This document shows positions 11,625 to 21,157 of a stretch of 64,000 nucleotides of DNA, piece after piece. The notes below the pieces were generated by a model. That model made no database searches, was not told the DNA's origin, and worked only from the letters and a program-made list of their open reading frames with translations. Both the position numbers and the translations under genes were made by a program. Origin of the DNA: an uncultured Acidobacteriota bacterium (lineage in GTDB: Bacteria > Acidobacteriota > UBA6911); contig CAWEJX010000021.1 in assembly GCA_963809485.1 (NCBI GenBank), positions 32,001 to 96,000 on the forward strand, read 5' to 3'. The number at the start of each line of letters is the position of its first letter. The first letter of the stretch is position 1.

Positions 11625-11628
11625 GAAA

Positions 11629-11956
11629 CCGGCGGCCGCGTAGCGGCCGATTGATTTTATGCCGGCCTTTTAAGGCCGGTTCTGGGTTGATTCGAGGAAT
11701 GCGCCGCGTCAGCGACGCTTGAATTCAACCGTCGCTGACGCGACGGAATCTTCTTCCCTCATTCTGATCCGGGCCTTGAAAGGCCCGGCAAAATTCATTT
11801 TGCCGCTACGCGGCAACGAAATTCCTTTTGCTTGACATAGACACCCATCCGGGAGCTTTTCTCCCAGGGATCGCATGCCCCAACAGACGGCACTTCTGAA
11901 CGGCTTGGCCTGTCAGGGTCGCACAACCATAGGCTCTGGATTTAGGCGTAGACTAA
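11629..11956. repeat. REP/REPIN-like multi-hairpin repeat, copy 1
   Basis: Nested palindromes GCCGCGTAGCGGC...GCCGCTACGCGGC, CCGGCCTTTTAAGGCCGG, CGCGTCAGCGACG-N-CGTCGCTGACGCG; repeated 432 bp downstream. Confidence 0.85.
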
Positions 11957-12060
11957 TCGACCACTCCTGTAAAGCGTGGCATTGGCCTGCACCGTAAAGC
12001 GGAGCGAATCACATATCGGAAGGTTCCGCTGGGGCCTGGAGAATCAAAGCAATGATGAAG

Positions 12061-12387
12061 CCGGCGGCCGCGTAGCGGCCGACTGATTTTAGGCCGGCCT
12101 TTTAAGGCCGGCTCTGGGTTGATTCGAGGAATGCGTCGCGTCAGCGACGCTTGAATTCAACCGTCGCTGACGCGACGGAATCCTCTTCCCTCATTCTAAT
12201 CCGGGCCTTGAAAGGCCCGGCTAAATTCATTTTGCCGCTACGCGGCAACGAAATTCCTATCGCTTTACATACAAACCCATCCGGGAGCTTTTCTCCCAGG
12301 GATCGCATACCCCAACAGACGGCACGCCGGAACGTCATAGCCTGTTAGGGTCGCACGGCCATAGGCCGTGGGCTTAGGCGTACTAAG
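12061..12387. repeat. REP/REPIN-like multi-hairpin repeat, copy 2
   Basis: Near-identical direct copy of 11629-11956. Confidence 0.85.
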
Positions 12388-12469
12388 CTATAACTGGATA
12401 TTCCCCTACCGGCCGGCTACCGGAGAGCCGCCCTCACGAAAACAGACTTTATGGGAATTCCACCGAAAG

Positions 12470-15400
12470 CTAAGGGAGCAGGCTGAAAACGGGCGTAAGC
12501 CGCTCCGCGGTCGATGGACCGCCGTGTGTGAATCCGGAGCCGTCCGAGGCGAGCCGGAATCCGTGATCGCCATAGATCAGCACCGGCCGGCCGGGATCGA
12601 GCCGCTCGATTATTTTGCGGAAGGCCACCTCAAGTTCCGCCCGAACGAGCTTTTTCAGGTCCGCAAAACTGAGCTTGCGCTCATGGATCAGGCTGTCCAC
12701 GGCATCGATCTTTTCGAAAGGCTTCGTCAGATCCCCCCCGATCAGTCCCAGATAGAATGCTTCGGTCGACGTTTGCCGGGAAACGGCCGCGTACTCTACC
12801 GAACTCAACTTCCAGCCGGGAAAACAATCAGGCAGGATGGACCGGACGGTCCCGGTCAGCGGGATCCCGAGACAATCCACCACGATCCATTGAAAATCCA
12901 TTCGCGACTGAAGCACGTGTACAAGATCGTCGGGAGCCTTTCCCAACTTGATCGTGGCCAGTTTATCCAGGTGGGGCAGCCAGAGTTGCTGGCGAAGCTT
13001 CAGAAAACGGCCGGATTGTTCGTAAAGGCAGGCAAGCAGTCCGGCAAGCTCCTCCGCGCTGCCGGGTTGACTGGGCTCCAGCAGGTCCAGCGCCGCGGCG
13101 ACAGCACCGGATGACGGCCTCGGCGCGGGCGCGCGCAGCAACCCGCTCAGAAGCATTTCCAATATCCTAAGGATCGCCGGCTCGCCCAGTTCCATGTTCT
13201 CAATATTGAGCAGGCTCTGCTCGCTGACCCACTGCGGCTGGATCAGCCGCGGAATGATTGAACGCTCGGCAGAAGAAAGGCCCTTGGGCAGAGGGCATCC
13301 CTGCCGCAGAGCCTGTTCACAGCACCAGGAGGCAAGGTCTTCGCGCTCGGGCGTCTCCTCGAACCGGAAAGAGATGCGGGGCCCGTAGCGGTCCAGGAAT
13401 TGATCCAGTGCCCGCATCAGGGCCGGCTTTTCCCAGACGCGCTGGTTCAGAAGGTCTATTAGCGGCCTGGCTTCAACAGGGTGGACCAGATCGAGGCCTG
13501 AAAAATGCTGGTCGAACAAGGCCAGGTTTTCCACCTCGGGATATTCGGCCTTGCCTTCAAGGTACGAGAGTGTCCGCGTATTCATCTCCAGACCCTGATC
13601 CTCCCAGTCTTTTACCTTGACCTTGACCGGGTCCTGCTGAAAGAAGAGCGTCAGCTCTCTTTCCAGGCTGCCGGCGGCGTCTTCAAACCGGCTCAGAATG
13701 GGCTGCAGGGGATTGTTGACTCCGTCGAACCCGCACCGGCAGACCGGCTGGAAATCCAGAGGCGCCAGGCCGGAGCATCGCGCGGCCCTGGCTTCGGAAA
13801 CAGCGGATTCAAGCATTCGTACAGTGCCGCCGGCTCCCAGATGGCGGCTGCGCGCGACCATAGGGATTTTATAGGTCCAAATTGGATGGGCATTCAGGCG
13901 TTTCCACATTTGATCGTGCTGGGCCTGGTACCACTCCCGGTAGTCCTGGTAAAAGGTCTGAGCGTTGTGCAGCCAGGATTCCAGCGCTTCGGGCTGCGCC
14001 AGGGAAGGAGGCGGGCCGAGGGATTCGGCGCGGGCGGCTATTTGAGGATTGGGACATTCCGAAACCGCGGGATAGCCGAAAAGATGGCGGTAGCGCCGGG
14101 TCTCCCTCAAAAGCCTCTCGAACCGGGCGGGCATCGACGCCAGCTCGTTGGCTTCGGCAATAAAGCGGGCCGGCGAGCCGATCTCAAAAAGAAAATGCTG
14201 GAATCCCTGAAGCTCGTGTTCCCCTTTCTCCAGGGCCAGCCACTGCGAAATCAGCTTTTCTATCTGGGCGACCAGCTCTTCCGCCTCGCCCTGTGTTCTC
14301 AGCCCTGCGGCAAAATCGCCCAGCTGGTCGCGGTTTTTGGCGCCAATCCTGCGCAGCTGCTCCAGGGCTCTTTTTTGCGCCAGGACGCTCCACTGGCGGG
14401 GGACCGGGATGCGGAATCCCTCGCACAGAGACTGCAGATCGCGCAGCTGGGATAAATTCAGTGCGCGCCCGGGGAGAATTTTGTCGTACTGCAAGGGAAA
14501 AATCAGGGTCTCGTAGGTCTCGCGGTACGAGTGCTCTCCCTTGACGATATCGATCTCCCCCTGGATCAGAAGCAGGATCAGCAGGAGGTGGATCTGATCG
14601 GGCGTGAGTCCGTAGACCGGGGCGCTGAGGTGCTGGTAGACACGTTCGGGAGTGGGCTGATGGTCCAGAAGCGGCGTAAGCAAACGGACCAGGTCGTGAT
14701 TATCAAGCTTCTGGTTCACGTGGTATTCGGATCCCCTTCGCTGCATGAGTCCCATGGGAACCAGATAGGCTTCGCGGATCAGCTTTACATAATCCGGAGC
14801 CGCCTCGGCGCCAAGATCTTGTTCGGAGGCGAACTTCATGAACTGACGGTATGCCTCCTTGGGAAGCGGGCCGTGGACGGGGGCGAACTGTTCGAAGAGC
14901 GGGTATATCTGGCGCAGGATCCACTCTCCGCAGGTATTGAGCCATGCCGCATGGTTGCCCTGCATGGAATGGAGCGGCGGGATGACTTTCGTATCCGACG
15001 GATCGTAAAAGCCGGCGTTGTTGTAGGCGTCGCGAACCAGGGAGTGAAACCAAGAGCTTCTTGAAGCGATGCGCTCCGTGACGCGGGTCAAAACGCGGGC
15101 GGGCAGCGGACGCTCCTTCAGGTCCAGGAGGGCCGACAGCTCCAGGATCTCCGGGTTAAGCTCGATCGGTCTCGGAAGGATTTTGTAACAGTGTGTACCA
15201 GCAGCGGGCGCTCCCCACGGAAGGCCGATCTGGAGCGCCAGCCCTTCCGCCGGCTCGTTCGGAATGCCCTCTCCAAGATAAACCCTCAGGTCCCAGTCAT
15301 GGAAATGCCAGCGCACCTTGCGGATGAGCCACCGTTCCCTGGGCAGCGTGAAAGGGTTGAAGTCGGATTGCTCGAGCAGTGAAATCAAATTTTCAAAAAC

Positions 15401-16762
15401 GAAGCTGCCGCGGTCCTTCAGCTCGTCGACGGTCCTGGAAAGCAGCTGCTCGAGGTGCTCTTTGCTGTCGTCCTCCAAATCCAGGCGATAGCGGGAATCC
15501 CTGGACTTGATGAAGGCGCCCTGCGAGCACATGGCATCCAAAACTTTGCCTATGATTTCGCGGTTGCGCGCGGGGTCGACGCTGGACACTTTGAAGAGCA
15601 GCCACTGGGCGGCCTCGTCCGCGCCGAGCGACGTGCGCCGGGGAGAAAGGTGAACGAGGATCAGCAGCTTGAGCAGGCGCCATGAGAGTTCCTGCCTCTG
15701 CTTGTTCGGAAACAGCTCGGGCATGTGTTTTCGGAAGTACGGAAGAACCTTCTGGGCAATTGCCAGAAATTCCGGCTGCACCTCGAAAAGGTCGGCAAAA
15801 TGATCGACGATGGCGTCGGGAGTGATGAGGTGGCCCCAGGGCTGATCAAGAAATGGGGGTATGCTGCGCGCCTCGTTCCCGAGGAGCTGGGTCAGGGCGA
15901 AATCGACAATCCCGCGAGCTTGCGAAAAACGGTCCCGGACTTCCTCCAGCAGCTCGAGCGTGGCCGGGTGAATAGGGTAGATCTCGCAGAAGAGGCCGTA
16001 ATCCAGGGACTTCTTCGGGTACACCTCGCCGAGTTCCGCAGCCAGCTTTTCCACAGCCTGAAGGTATGAGGGCTTTTTCCTCAGAATGCGTTCGGCGATC
16101 AGGTCTTTGACGTGCGCGGGAGTGAGCAGGAACCGTACGGGGTACCGGTCTTTGATTTTCCGGAACAGATCGTACTCGATCTCTCCGGTATGCTCGATCT
16201 GCTCCTGCATGGCTGCGAGAATCCACAGCGGATGGTCCTGGGCCCACTCGCCCATGAACTGCAAATACCGAAGATCCTCGTTGAAGCTCTGGGCGGTGGG
16301 TTTGGAGCGCAGGAATTCGGAGAGTTCGTCCAGGATCAGGACCACTCCTCTGGGATATTGATTCTCCAGTCGAAGCCATTTCTTCCTGCGATCGCCCGGA
16401 TCCGGCGAAAGGGACAACGTTTCATCCAGTATGGATTCGAGGGATTGGGAGGCTTTGAAATTCAGGAGCGATACCGGCAGAACGGTCAAGCCTCTGTTGC
16501 CGAAGGCGCCCTCGCGAACCTGCTGGGTCAGATATGCCAGGAAATGGGATTTCCCCGAGCCGTAGTGGCCGATCAAAAACGCGCCGCAGCCTGTTTCTTT
16601 GGCAAGCAGCGCTCTAAGGGCTTTGAAATGCCGGCCGGTCTCCTCGGTTACGTAATAGCTGGAGCTGATCCAACCGGTATCTGCGGACTGCAGATGATCG
16701 AGCCTGACGACGGTGGGCTGGGCGGCAACCTCGACATGGTCACGGATTTTCAATGGATACAT
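12470..16762 (-). CDS. DUF6079/BrxC-like P-loop ATPase fused to C-terminal PglZ-like alkaline phosphatase-superfamily domain
   Basis: GHYGSGKSH Walker A, VLILDELSEFLRSK Walker B, IKDRY, YPIHP; C-terminus WIVVDCLG, QTST, DSLIH, IYGDHGF, THGGPSTAERLTP. Confidence 0.8.
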   Translation of the reverse strand: MYPLKIRDHVEVAAQPTVVRLDHLQSADTGWISSSYYVTEETGRHFKALRALLAKETGCGAFLIGHYGSGKSHFLAYLTQQVREGAFGNRGLTVLPVSLLNFKASQSLESILDETLSLSPDPGDRRKKWLRLENQYPRGVVLILDELSEFLRSKPTAQSFNEDLRYLQFMGEWAQDHPLWILAAMQEQIEHTGEIEYDLFRKIKDRYPVRFLLTPAHVKDLIAERILRKKPSYLQAVEKLAAELGEVYPKKSLDYGLFCEIYPIHPATLELLEEVRDRFSQARGIVDFALTQLLGNEARSIPPFLDQPWGHLITPDAIVDHFADLFEVQPEFLAIAQKVLPYFRKHMPELFPNKQRQELSWRLLKLLILVHLSPRRTSLGADEAAQWLLFKVSSVDPARNREIIGKVLDAMCSQGAFIKSRDSRYRLDLEDDSKEHLEQLLSRTVDELKDRGSFVFENLISLLEQSDFNPFTLPRERWLIRKVRWHFHDWDLRVYLGEGIPNEPAEGLALQIGLPWGAPAAGTHCYKILPRPIELNPEILELSALLDLKERPLPARVLTRVTERIASRSSWFHSLVRDAYNNAGFYDPSDTKVIPPLHSMQGNHAAWLNTCGEWILRQIYPLFEQFAPVHGPLPKEAYRQFMKFASEQDLGAEAAPDYVKLIREAYLVPMGLMQRRGSEYHVNQKLDNHDLVRLLTPLLDHQPTPERVYQHLSAPVYGLTPDQIHLLLILLLIQGEIDIVKGEHSYRETYETLIFPLQYDKILPGRALNLSQLRDLQSLCEGFRIPVPRQWSVLAQKRALEQLRRIGAKNRDQLGDFAAGLRTQGEAEELVAQIEKLISQWLALEKGEHELQGFQHFLFEIGSPARFIAEANELASMPARFERLLRETRRYRHLFGYPAVSECPNPQIAARAESLGPPPSLAQPEALESWLHNAQTFYQDYREWYQAQHDQMWKRLNAHPIWTYKIPMVARSRHLGAGGTVRMLESAVSEARAARCSGLAPLDFQPVCRCGFDGVNNPLQPILSRFEDAAGSLERELTLFFQQDPVKVKVKDWEDQGLEMNTRTLSYLEGKAEYPEVENLALFDQHFSGLDLVHPVEARPLIDLLNQRVWEKPALMRALDQFLDRYGPRISFRFEETPEREDLASWCCEQALRQGCPLPKGLSSAERSIIPRLIQPQWVSEQSLLNIENMELGEPAILRILEMLLSGLLRAPAPRPSSGAVAAALDLLEPSQPGSAEELAGLLACLYEQSGRFLKLRQQLWLPHLDKLATIKLGKAPDDLVHVLQSRMDFQWIVVDCLGIPLTGTVRSILPDCFPGWKLSSVEYAAVSRQTSTEAFYLGLIGGDLTKPFEKIDAVDSLIHERKLSFADLKKLVRAELEVAFRKIIERLDPGRPVLIYGDHGFRLASDGSGFTHGGPSTAERLTPVFSLLP

Positions 16763-16856
16763 CCCCTAAGCCAGTTTCCCTATCGTATCACAACCGGGGG
16801 ATTGCGTAGCCTGTCCTCCTATTGTATGGCAAAATACCTGCAATCGGGGGTCGGGC

Positions 16857-17816
16857 GTGGTCAAAGCGGTGGTAGATACGCTTCAGCGCAACATGAAGCA
16901 GGCCCTGGCCGGCGGGGATCTGAAGGAAGCCGAATCGATACTGGCGCGCCTGAAAAAGGAGGACCCGCTCAGCGCGGCCACACGCGGATTAGAGCTGGAG
17001 TTTTACCTGAATTCGGAGCGTTTCGCGGAAGCCGATGCGCTTGCGGGGCAGCTTTGCCGGCTGTTTCCCGATTCGGCGCGAATCATGTTTTTGGCAGGCA
17101 AGCTGGCGTATCGACGGAAACGCTACGAAGAAGCGGAAGGCCGCTTCCGAGAGAGTCTGCGGCTTTATGCCGGCCCTCAGACGCAGCAGTGGCTGGGCAA
17201 AACGCTGACTCAGGAGGGCAAGTACGACGAAGCTGAATCCCTGTTGCACCTGGTGAAAGAACACAATCGGCACGCCTTGCTGGATCTTGCCTGGCTTTAT
17301 GAGAGAAAGAACGACCTGGAAGCAGCTTTGAAAGCGCTGGATGAATTTCTCGCCGGGAATCCGGGCAACAGCTATGCGGAGGAGCAACGCTCGCGGATAC
17401 GGGCCAAGAGGCTGGAGCCGGAGGAGCTTGTGAGCGAAATGGGCGCTCTTGCAGGCCTGGGAGAAGAAGTGCCTGCCGCGCTTTTCCCGGAGTTTGTCCA
17501 GAGGCTATTCGAGACCGGCCAAAGCCCGAAGGCGCGCGAGGAAATCATGGAGCGAATTCGCTCCATGGATGCCAGAACGGGCGTGCGCGTCGCATGGGTT
17601 TGTTATCAGGCCCGGGCTTACGACCTGGCATGCACGCTTTTTCTTGCGCATCTGGGAGCCAATAAATCCAACATCAAGTATCTGGCGGCGATGGAAGCAG
17701 CCGCCGACAAATGCAGCCGCCTCCCCGAGGTGGTGGATGCGTATCGAAAATTGTTTCCTCAGACCGGCCAGTTTTACGGGCGGTTGCGCTCGCTGACGCG
17801 CCGCGGAAAAATCTGA
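16857..17816 (+). CDS. Tetratricopeptide repeat protein
   Basis: Repeated TPR helices (LAGKLAYRRKRYEEAE, WLGKTLTQEGKYDEAE, LAWLYERKNDLEAAL); no signal peptide. Confidence 0.8.
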   Translation: MVKAVVDTLQRNMKQALAGGDLKEAESILARLKKEDPLSAATRGLELEFYLNSERFAEADALAGQLCRLFPDSARIMFLAGKLAYRRKRYEEAEGRFRESLRLYAGPQTQQWLGKTLTQEGKYDEAESLLHLVKEHNRHALLDLAWLYERKNDLEAALKALDEFLAGNPGNSYAEEQRSRIRAKRLEPEELVSEMGALAGLGEEVPAALFPEFVQRLFETGQSPKAREEIMERIRSMDARTGVRVAWVCYQARAYDLACTLFLAHLGANKSNIKYLAAMEAAADKCSRLPEVVDAYRKLFPQTGQFYGRLRSLTRRGKI

Positions 17817-17912
17817 AAGGCGTTTGGGCCGGCTGCAGACGTTTTGCCCTTGAAATAAAGCCCGGAAGACCGCAAAATTAGTGGCCTGTTGAATACATCT
17901 GCATGAACCAGT

Positions 17913-17989
17913 GGCGACGTAGCTCAGTCGGTTAGAGCGTGGGATTCATAACCCCAAGGTCGGTGGTTCGATTCCACCCGTCGCTACCA
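17913..17989 (+). tRNA. tRNA-Met (CAT), probably elongator
   Basis: GGCGACG/CGTCGCT acceptor stem, D arm GCTCAGTCGGTTAGAGC, anticodon loop TTCATAA, GGTTCGATTCC T arm, encoded CCA. Confidence 0.93.
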
Positions 17990-18005
17990 ACCTTCCAAGG
18001 TCTAT

Positions 18006-18024
18006 TCCGGACACATGGGTAACA
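18006..18024 (-). mobile_element. Possible IS481-family terminal repeat relic
   Basis: TGTTACCCATGTGTCCGGA on minus strand, 16 bp after the tRNA; no transposase follows. Confidence 0.4.
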
Positions 18025-18406
18025 TTTTACAGCAGTACTCTGTCGCCGAATTTGAATCTTATATGCTCTTCGTTTATCGTTCGGCGACTGCCTCATAGCC
18101 GCTCCCTCCCGCCACGATGAGTAAATCCTGCTAGAGTGCCCGTTTTTTATCGGATGATTGCCCACAACCCGTCTTCACACAAAAGAAATGCGTCGAAAGA
18201 CATCACTGAAGAAATCCCGTGACCGTATCGTAATCGTAATGTCAACGCATATTTCCATATAATCGCCGCATCGTTGCATAAATACTAAAAAGAAGCCAGA
18301 TAGGGGCATGAGGGCCTTTCTCCAAGCAGATTGACCGTACAGTGGTATAAGATGGCTCGAGAGCGGAAGACCCCTAGGAAAGATAGAGGAAGACTGTGGA
18401 GGCAAA

Positions 18407-19570
18407 ATGAGCGGCTACCACAAGCGTGACTGGGAACCATTTCCAATGTATGCAATCAAAAGAGCTGATCGTCCAACCACTGATATTTATGAAGATCAAA
18501 TCCATAAAACCCGTGAAAACGCGCATGGATTTAACCGGGCGCTGAACGGAGACTTTGGACCTTTCATCCAGAAGGAAAGGAAAAGATTTGCGACAAAACA
18601 CCCTCTTTCGGCAGCTCTTGTATCCATCCAGAACACTCTGCGGAAAACAGTAGATGGTGCTATCGCCGACCAAAAGGCGCCAATCACGTCGGATCCCGCG
18701 CTTATTGCACGTCACATTAAGGAGACCGCTTATTTCCTGCGGGCTGATGCGGTTGGCATCTGCAAACTGCCTCCCTATGCGATCTATTCCCATTCTGCAG
18801 CCACAGGGGAACCAATAGAGCTCAATCACCAGTTTGCCATAGCGATTCTGGTGGATCAGGATTCGAGAACTGCCCAAGCAACCTCCGGCAATGATTGGGT
18901 CAGCAATTCCATGAGTTTCGTTGCATATTCCGCTTCAGGTTTCATTGCCTGCATTCTCGCCGACTACATTCGAAGACTTGGTTATCCGGCGCGGGCTCAT
19001 CATGCACTGAGCTATCAAGTTATTGTGCCGCCCATTCTTTTGTGGGCCGGGCTTGGTGAGGTCAGCCGGATGAGCGAATGTGTTGTCCATCCATTTATGG
19101 GTCCAAGGTTCAAGGCTTCTATTGTAACTACGAATTTGCCCATGCTTTGCGATCGGCCAATCGATTTCGGGCTCCAGGACTTTTGCTCGAAATGCAAAAA
19201 ATGCGCGCGCCACTGTCCCTCCGGGGCACTGACCGATGGGAATAAAGTCATGTTTAACGGCTACCAACGCTGGCCATCGGACATGAGGAAATGTACATCC
19301 ATGCGGGTAGGAAATCAGAGAGGAGCCAGCTGCGGCACCTGTATGATTGTGTGTCCCTGGAACAAACCCTATACACCTCTGCATCGAGCGGCCGGATGGA
19401 CGGTTCGGCGCTCTTCTCTTGCGCGCACTCTTGCCGTCTGGCTTGATGATGCTTTGGGCTATGGACGTCCGGACCGTTTTAAAAAATGGTGGTGGGATCT
19501 TGAGGATGAGGCCGGAGATGGAATACTCAAAATTCCCGGTGAAAGGGAAAATGACTTTCTCTCTCTTTAG
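18407..19570 (+). CDS. Cobalamin/4Fe-4S reductive dehalogenase, catabolic (cytoplasmic) type
   Basis: ADAVGIC, YIRRLGYPARAH, AGLGEVSR, GPRFKASIVTT, FCSKCKKCARHCPSGA and CGTCMIVCPWNK Fe-S motifs; no TAT leader. Confidence 0.85.
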   Translation: MSGYHKRDWEPFPMYAIKRADRPTTDIYEDQIHKTRENAHGFNRALNGDFGPFIQKERKRFATKHPLSAALVSIQNTLRKTVDGAIADQKAPITSDPALIARHIKETAYFLRADAVGICKLPPYAIYSHSAATGEPIELNHQFAIAILVDQDSRTAQATSGNDWVSNSMSFVAYSASGFIACILADYIRRLGYPARAHHALSYQVIVPPILLWAGLGEVSRMSECVVHPFMGPRFKASIVTTNLPMLCDRPIDFGLQDFCSKCKKCARHCPSGALTDGNKVMFNGYQRWPSDMRKCTSMRVGNQRGASCGTCMIVCPWNKPYTPLHRAAGWTVRRSSLARTLAVWLDDALGYGRPDRFKKWWWDLEDEAGDGILKIPGERENDFLSL

Positions 19571-19755
19571 CCGGTACCAAATGATAATGTCAATTACAGG
19601 GTGCGGCCTGGAAGCCAACAGATCCTGGCGGCACTTAAGGCTTAGCGCTAATGCCCGCAAGCGTTTTGAGCTGGTTGCTCGTCTGAATGGCTGGCGCATC
19701 CAGAACACAGCCCAATTCAGTTTGAGTATTGACAATGGAGATGGAGGAATGACCG

Positions 19756-20454
19756 ATGCCGCAGGAGAACTATGATCGCCTGTTGAACCTCGTGAAACAG
19801 CGTCGAACGGTTCGCAGATTCAAACCAGATCCTGTGCCGGAAGGGTGCATTGAGAAGATAATCGAAGTCGCGCGCTGGGCGCCTTCCGGGTTTCACACGC
19901 AACCCTGGGAGTTCGTGGTTGTGAAAAAGAAAGAGGTGAAGGAAGCTATAATTAAGGCTCTCGATAAATACGCCCCACCAATTGCGAAACCCGAATCCTC
20001 AGGACCAAGTATCAATATTTCGCGATCAAGCTTCCGGGATGCGCCGGTATTCATCATCGCTTTAACCGACTGGAGGGCCAAAGCAGGATTGCCCGGCCAT
20101 CCGAAAGAGATTAATCCGATGGTCTCGAGCGTCTATACCTCCAGCATGGCCAGCGCATTTCTATATCTGCACCTTGCAGCAACGTCTCTGGGTTTGGCCT
20201 CACAATGGTATACGGCCGCGTCACGCCCTGAGGCAGAACTAGAGATCAGAAATATCATTGGCTTTCCGGAAGCCTTGTCCATCTATGACATGATGGTCCT
20301 TAGCTACCCTGCCGCTCCGCCGAATCCGAAGAAATTAAGAAACCTTGCGGGAATGATCCATTATGACAATTGCGGCCCGCAGGATTTCCGTACCGACGAG
20401 CAGGTTCTCGTGGATGTTCAAAAGACCTGGGATTGGTGCATGTCCGAACACTAA
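19756..20454 (+). CDS. Nitroreductase family flavoprotein
   Basis: RRTVRRF, WAPSGFHTQPWEF, LAATSLGLASQW. Confidence 0.9.
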   Translation: MPQENYDRLLNLVKQRRTVRRFKPDPVPEGCIEKIIEVARWAPSGFHTQPWEFVVVKKKEVKEAIIKALDKYAPPIAKPESSGPSINISRSSFRDAPVFIIALTDWRAKAGLPGHPKEINPMVSSVYTSSMASAFLYLHLAATSLGLASQWYTAASRPEAELEIRNIIGFPEALSIYDMMVLSYPAAPPNPKKLRNLAGMIHYDNCGPQDFRTDEQVLVDVQKTWDWCMSEH

Positions 20455-20515
20455 ATCAATGCATAAAATTTTATCGAATCTGTCTTTTTCAAAAGCATAG
20501 TTTGAGGAGGAAGGA

Positions 20516-21157
20516 ATGAAGGTACTGGGAATTTCTGGAAGTCCCCGAAAAGATCAATCGACCGATCAACTGGTACAAGCAGTGTTGGCCGGTGTCGGTC
20601 TGGAAACTGAGTTCGTCTCCTTGGCGGGCAAGCGAATCGGTCCCTGCATCGCATGTCTTGGATGCGTTCAGGACAACATCTGCAAGGTAAAGGATGATAT
20701 ACAGGAACTGCGGCAAAAGATCGTCGAGGCAAACGCATATGTTATCGGCGGCGCAAATTATTTTTCTATGCTCAACGGTTTGACACACTGCTTCCTGGAA
20801 CGTTTCTATCAATTCCGCCATCAGGAAGGCAAGGCGGTGGCTGGAAAACTCGGTGTTGCCGTGGGGATAGGAGGTAGCTCAGGGGACCTGGTTGTAGAAA
20901 ACATCAAGACATTTTTCCAGTACAACCAGATTGAATGCATTGGCACAGTATCGGCTCAAGGTCCGGCATCGTGCTTTGTCTGTGGATACGGCGAGACCTG
21001 CAAAGTCGGGGCGATTCAGATGTTCTTCGGACCTGGAACAAAAATAACTCCGGAAATCACACCGAGTCTATCGAAGCAGCCGGCCAAGCTTACAGATGCC
21101 ATGACATTGGGAAATCTTCTCGGAAAGCGCTTGCGTGGTTTCGCCTCCGGCACATAA
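20516..21157 (+). CDS. Iron-sulfur flavoprotein (flavodoxin-like, NADPH-dependent FMN reductase family)
   Basis: MKVLGISGSPRK; CIACLGCVQDNIC cluster motif. Confidence 0.88.
   Translation: MKVLGISGSPRKDQSTDQLVQAVLAGVGLETEFVSLAGKRIGPCIACLGCVQDNICKVKDDIQELRQKIVEANAYVIGGANYFSMLNGLTHCFLERFYQFRHQEGKAVAGKLGVAVGIGGSSGDLVVENIKTFFQYNQIECIGTVSAQGPASCFVCGYGETCKVGAIQMFFGPGTKITPEITPSLSKQPAKLTDAMTLGNLLGKRLRGFASGT

Noticed and set aside
11629-12387. Possible CRISPR array
   Set aside because: Only two long units; no short repeat-spacer periodicity and no cas genes.
12470-17816. Canonical BREX operon
   Set aside because: No pglX/pglXI, brxA, brxB, brxF, brxL or brxH recognisable on either side; the island methyltransferases lack DNA-methyltransferase NPPY/DPPY motifs.
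17913-17989. Initiator tRNA-fMet
   Set aside because: G1-U72 can pair and the three consecutive G-C pairs next to the anticodon loop are absent; tRNA-Ile2 cannot be fully excluded by eye.
17990-18406. Cobalamin riboswitch or integrase upstream of rdhA
   Set aside because: No recognisable B12-box arrangement and no recombinase ORF.
19756-20454. BluB (DMB synthase) assignment
   Set aside because: Has APSGFHTQPW rather than the BluB-type APSVG motif; kept as generic nitroreductase.
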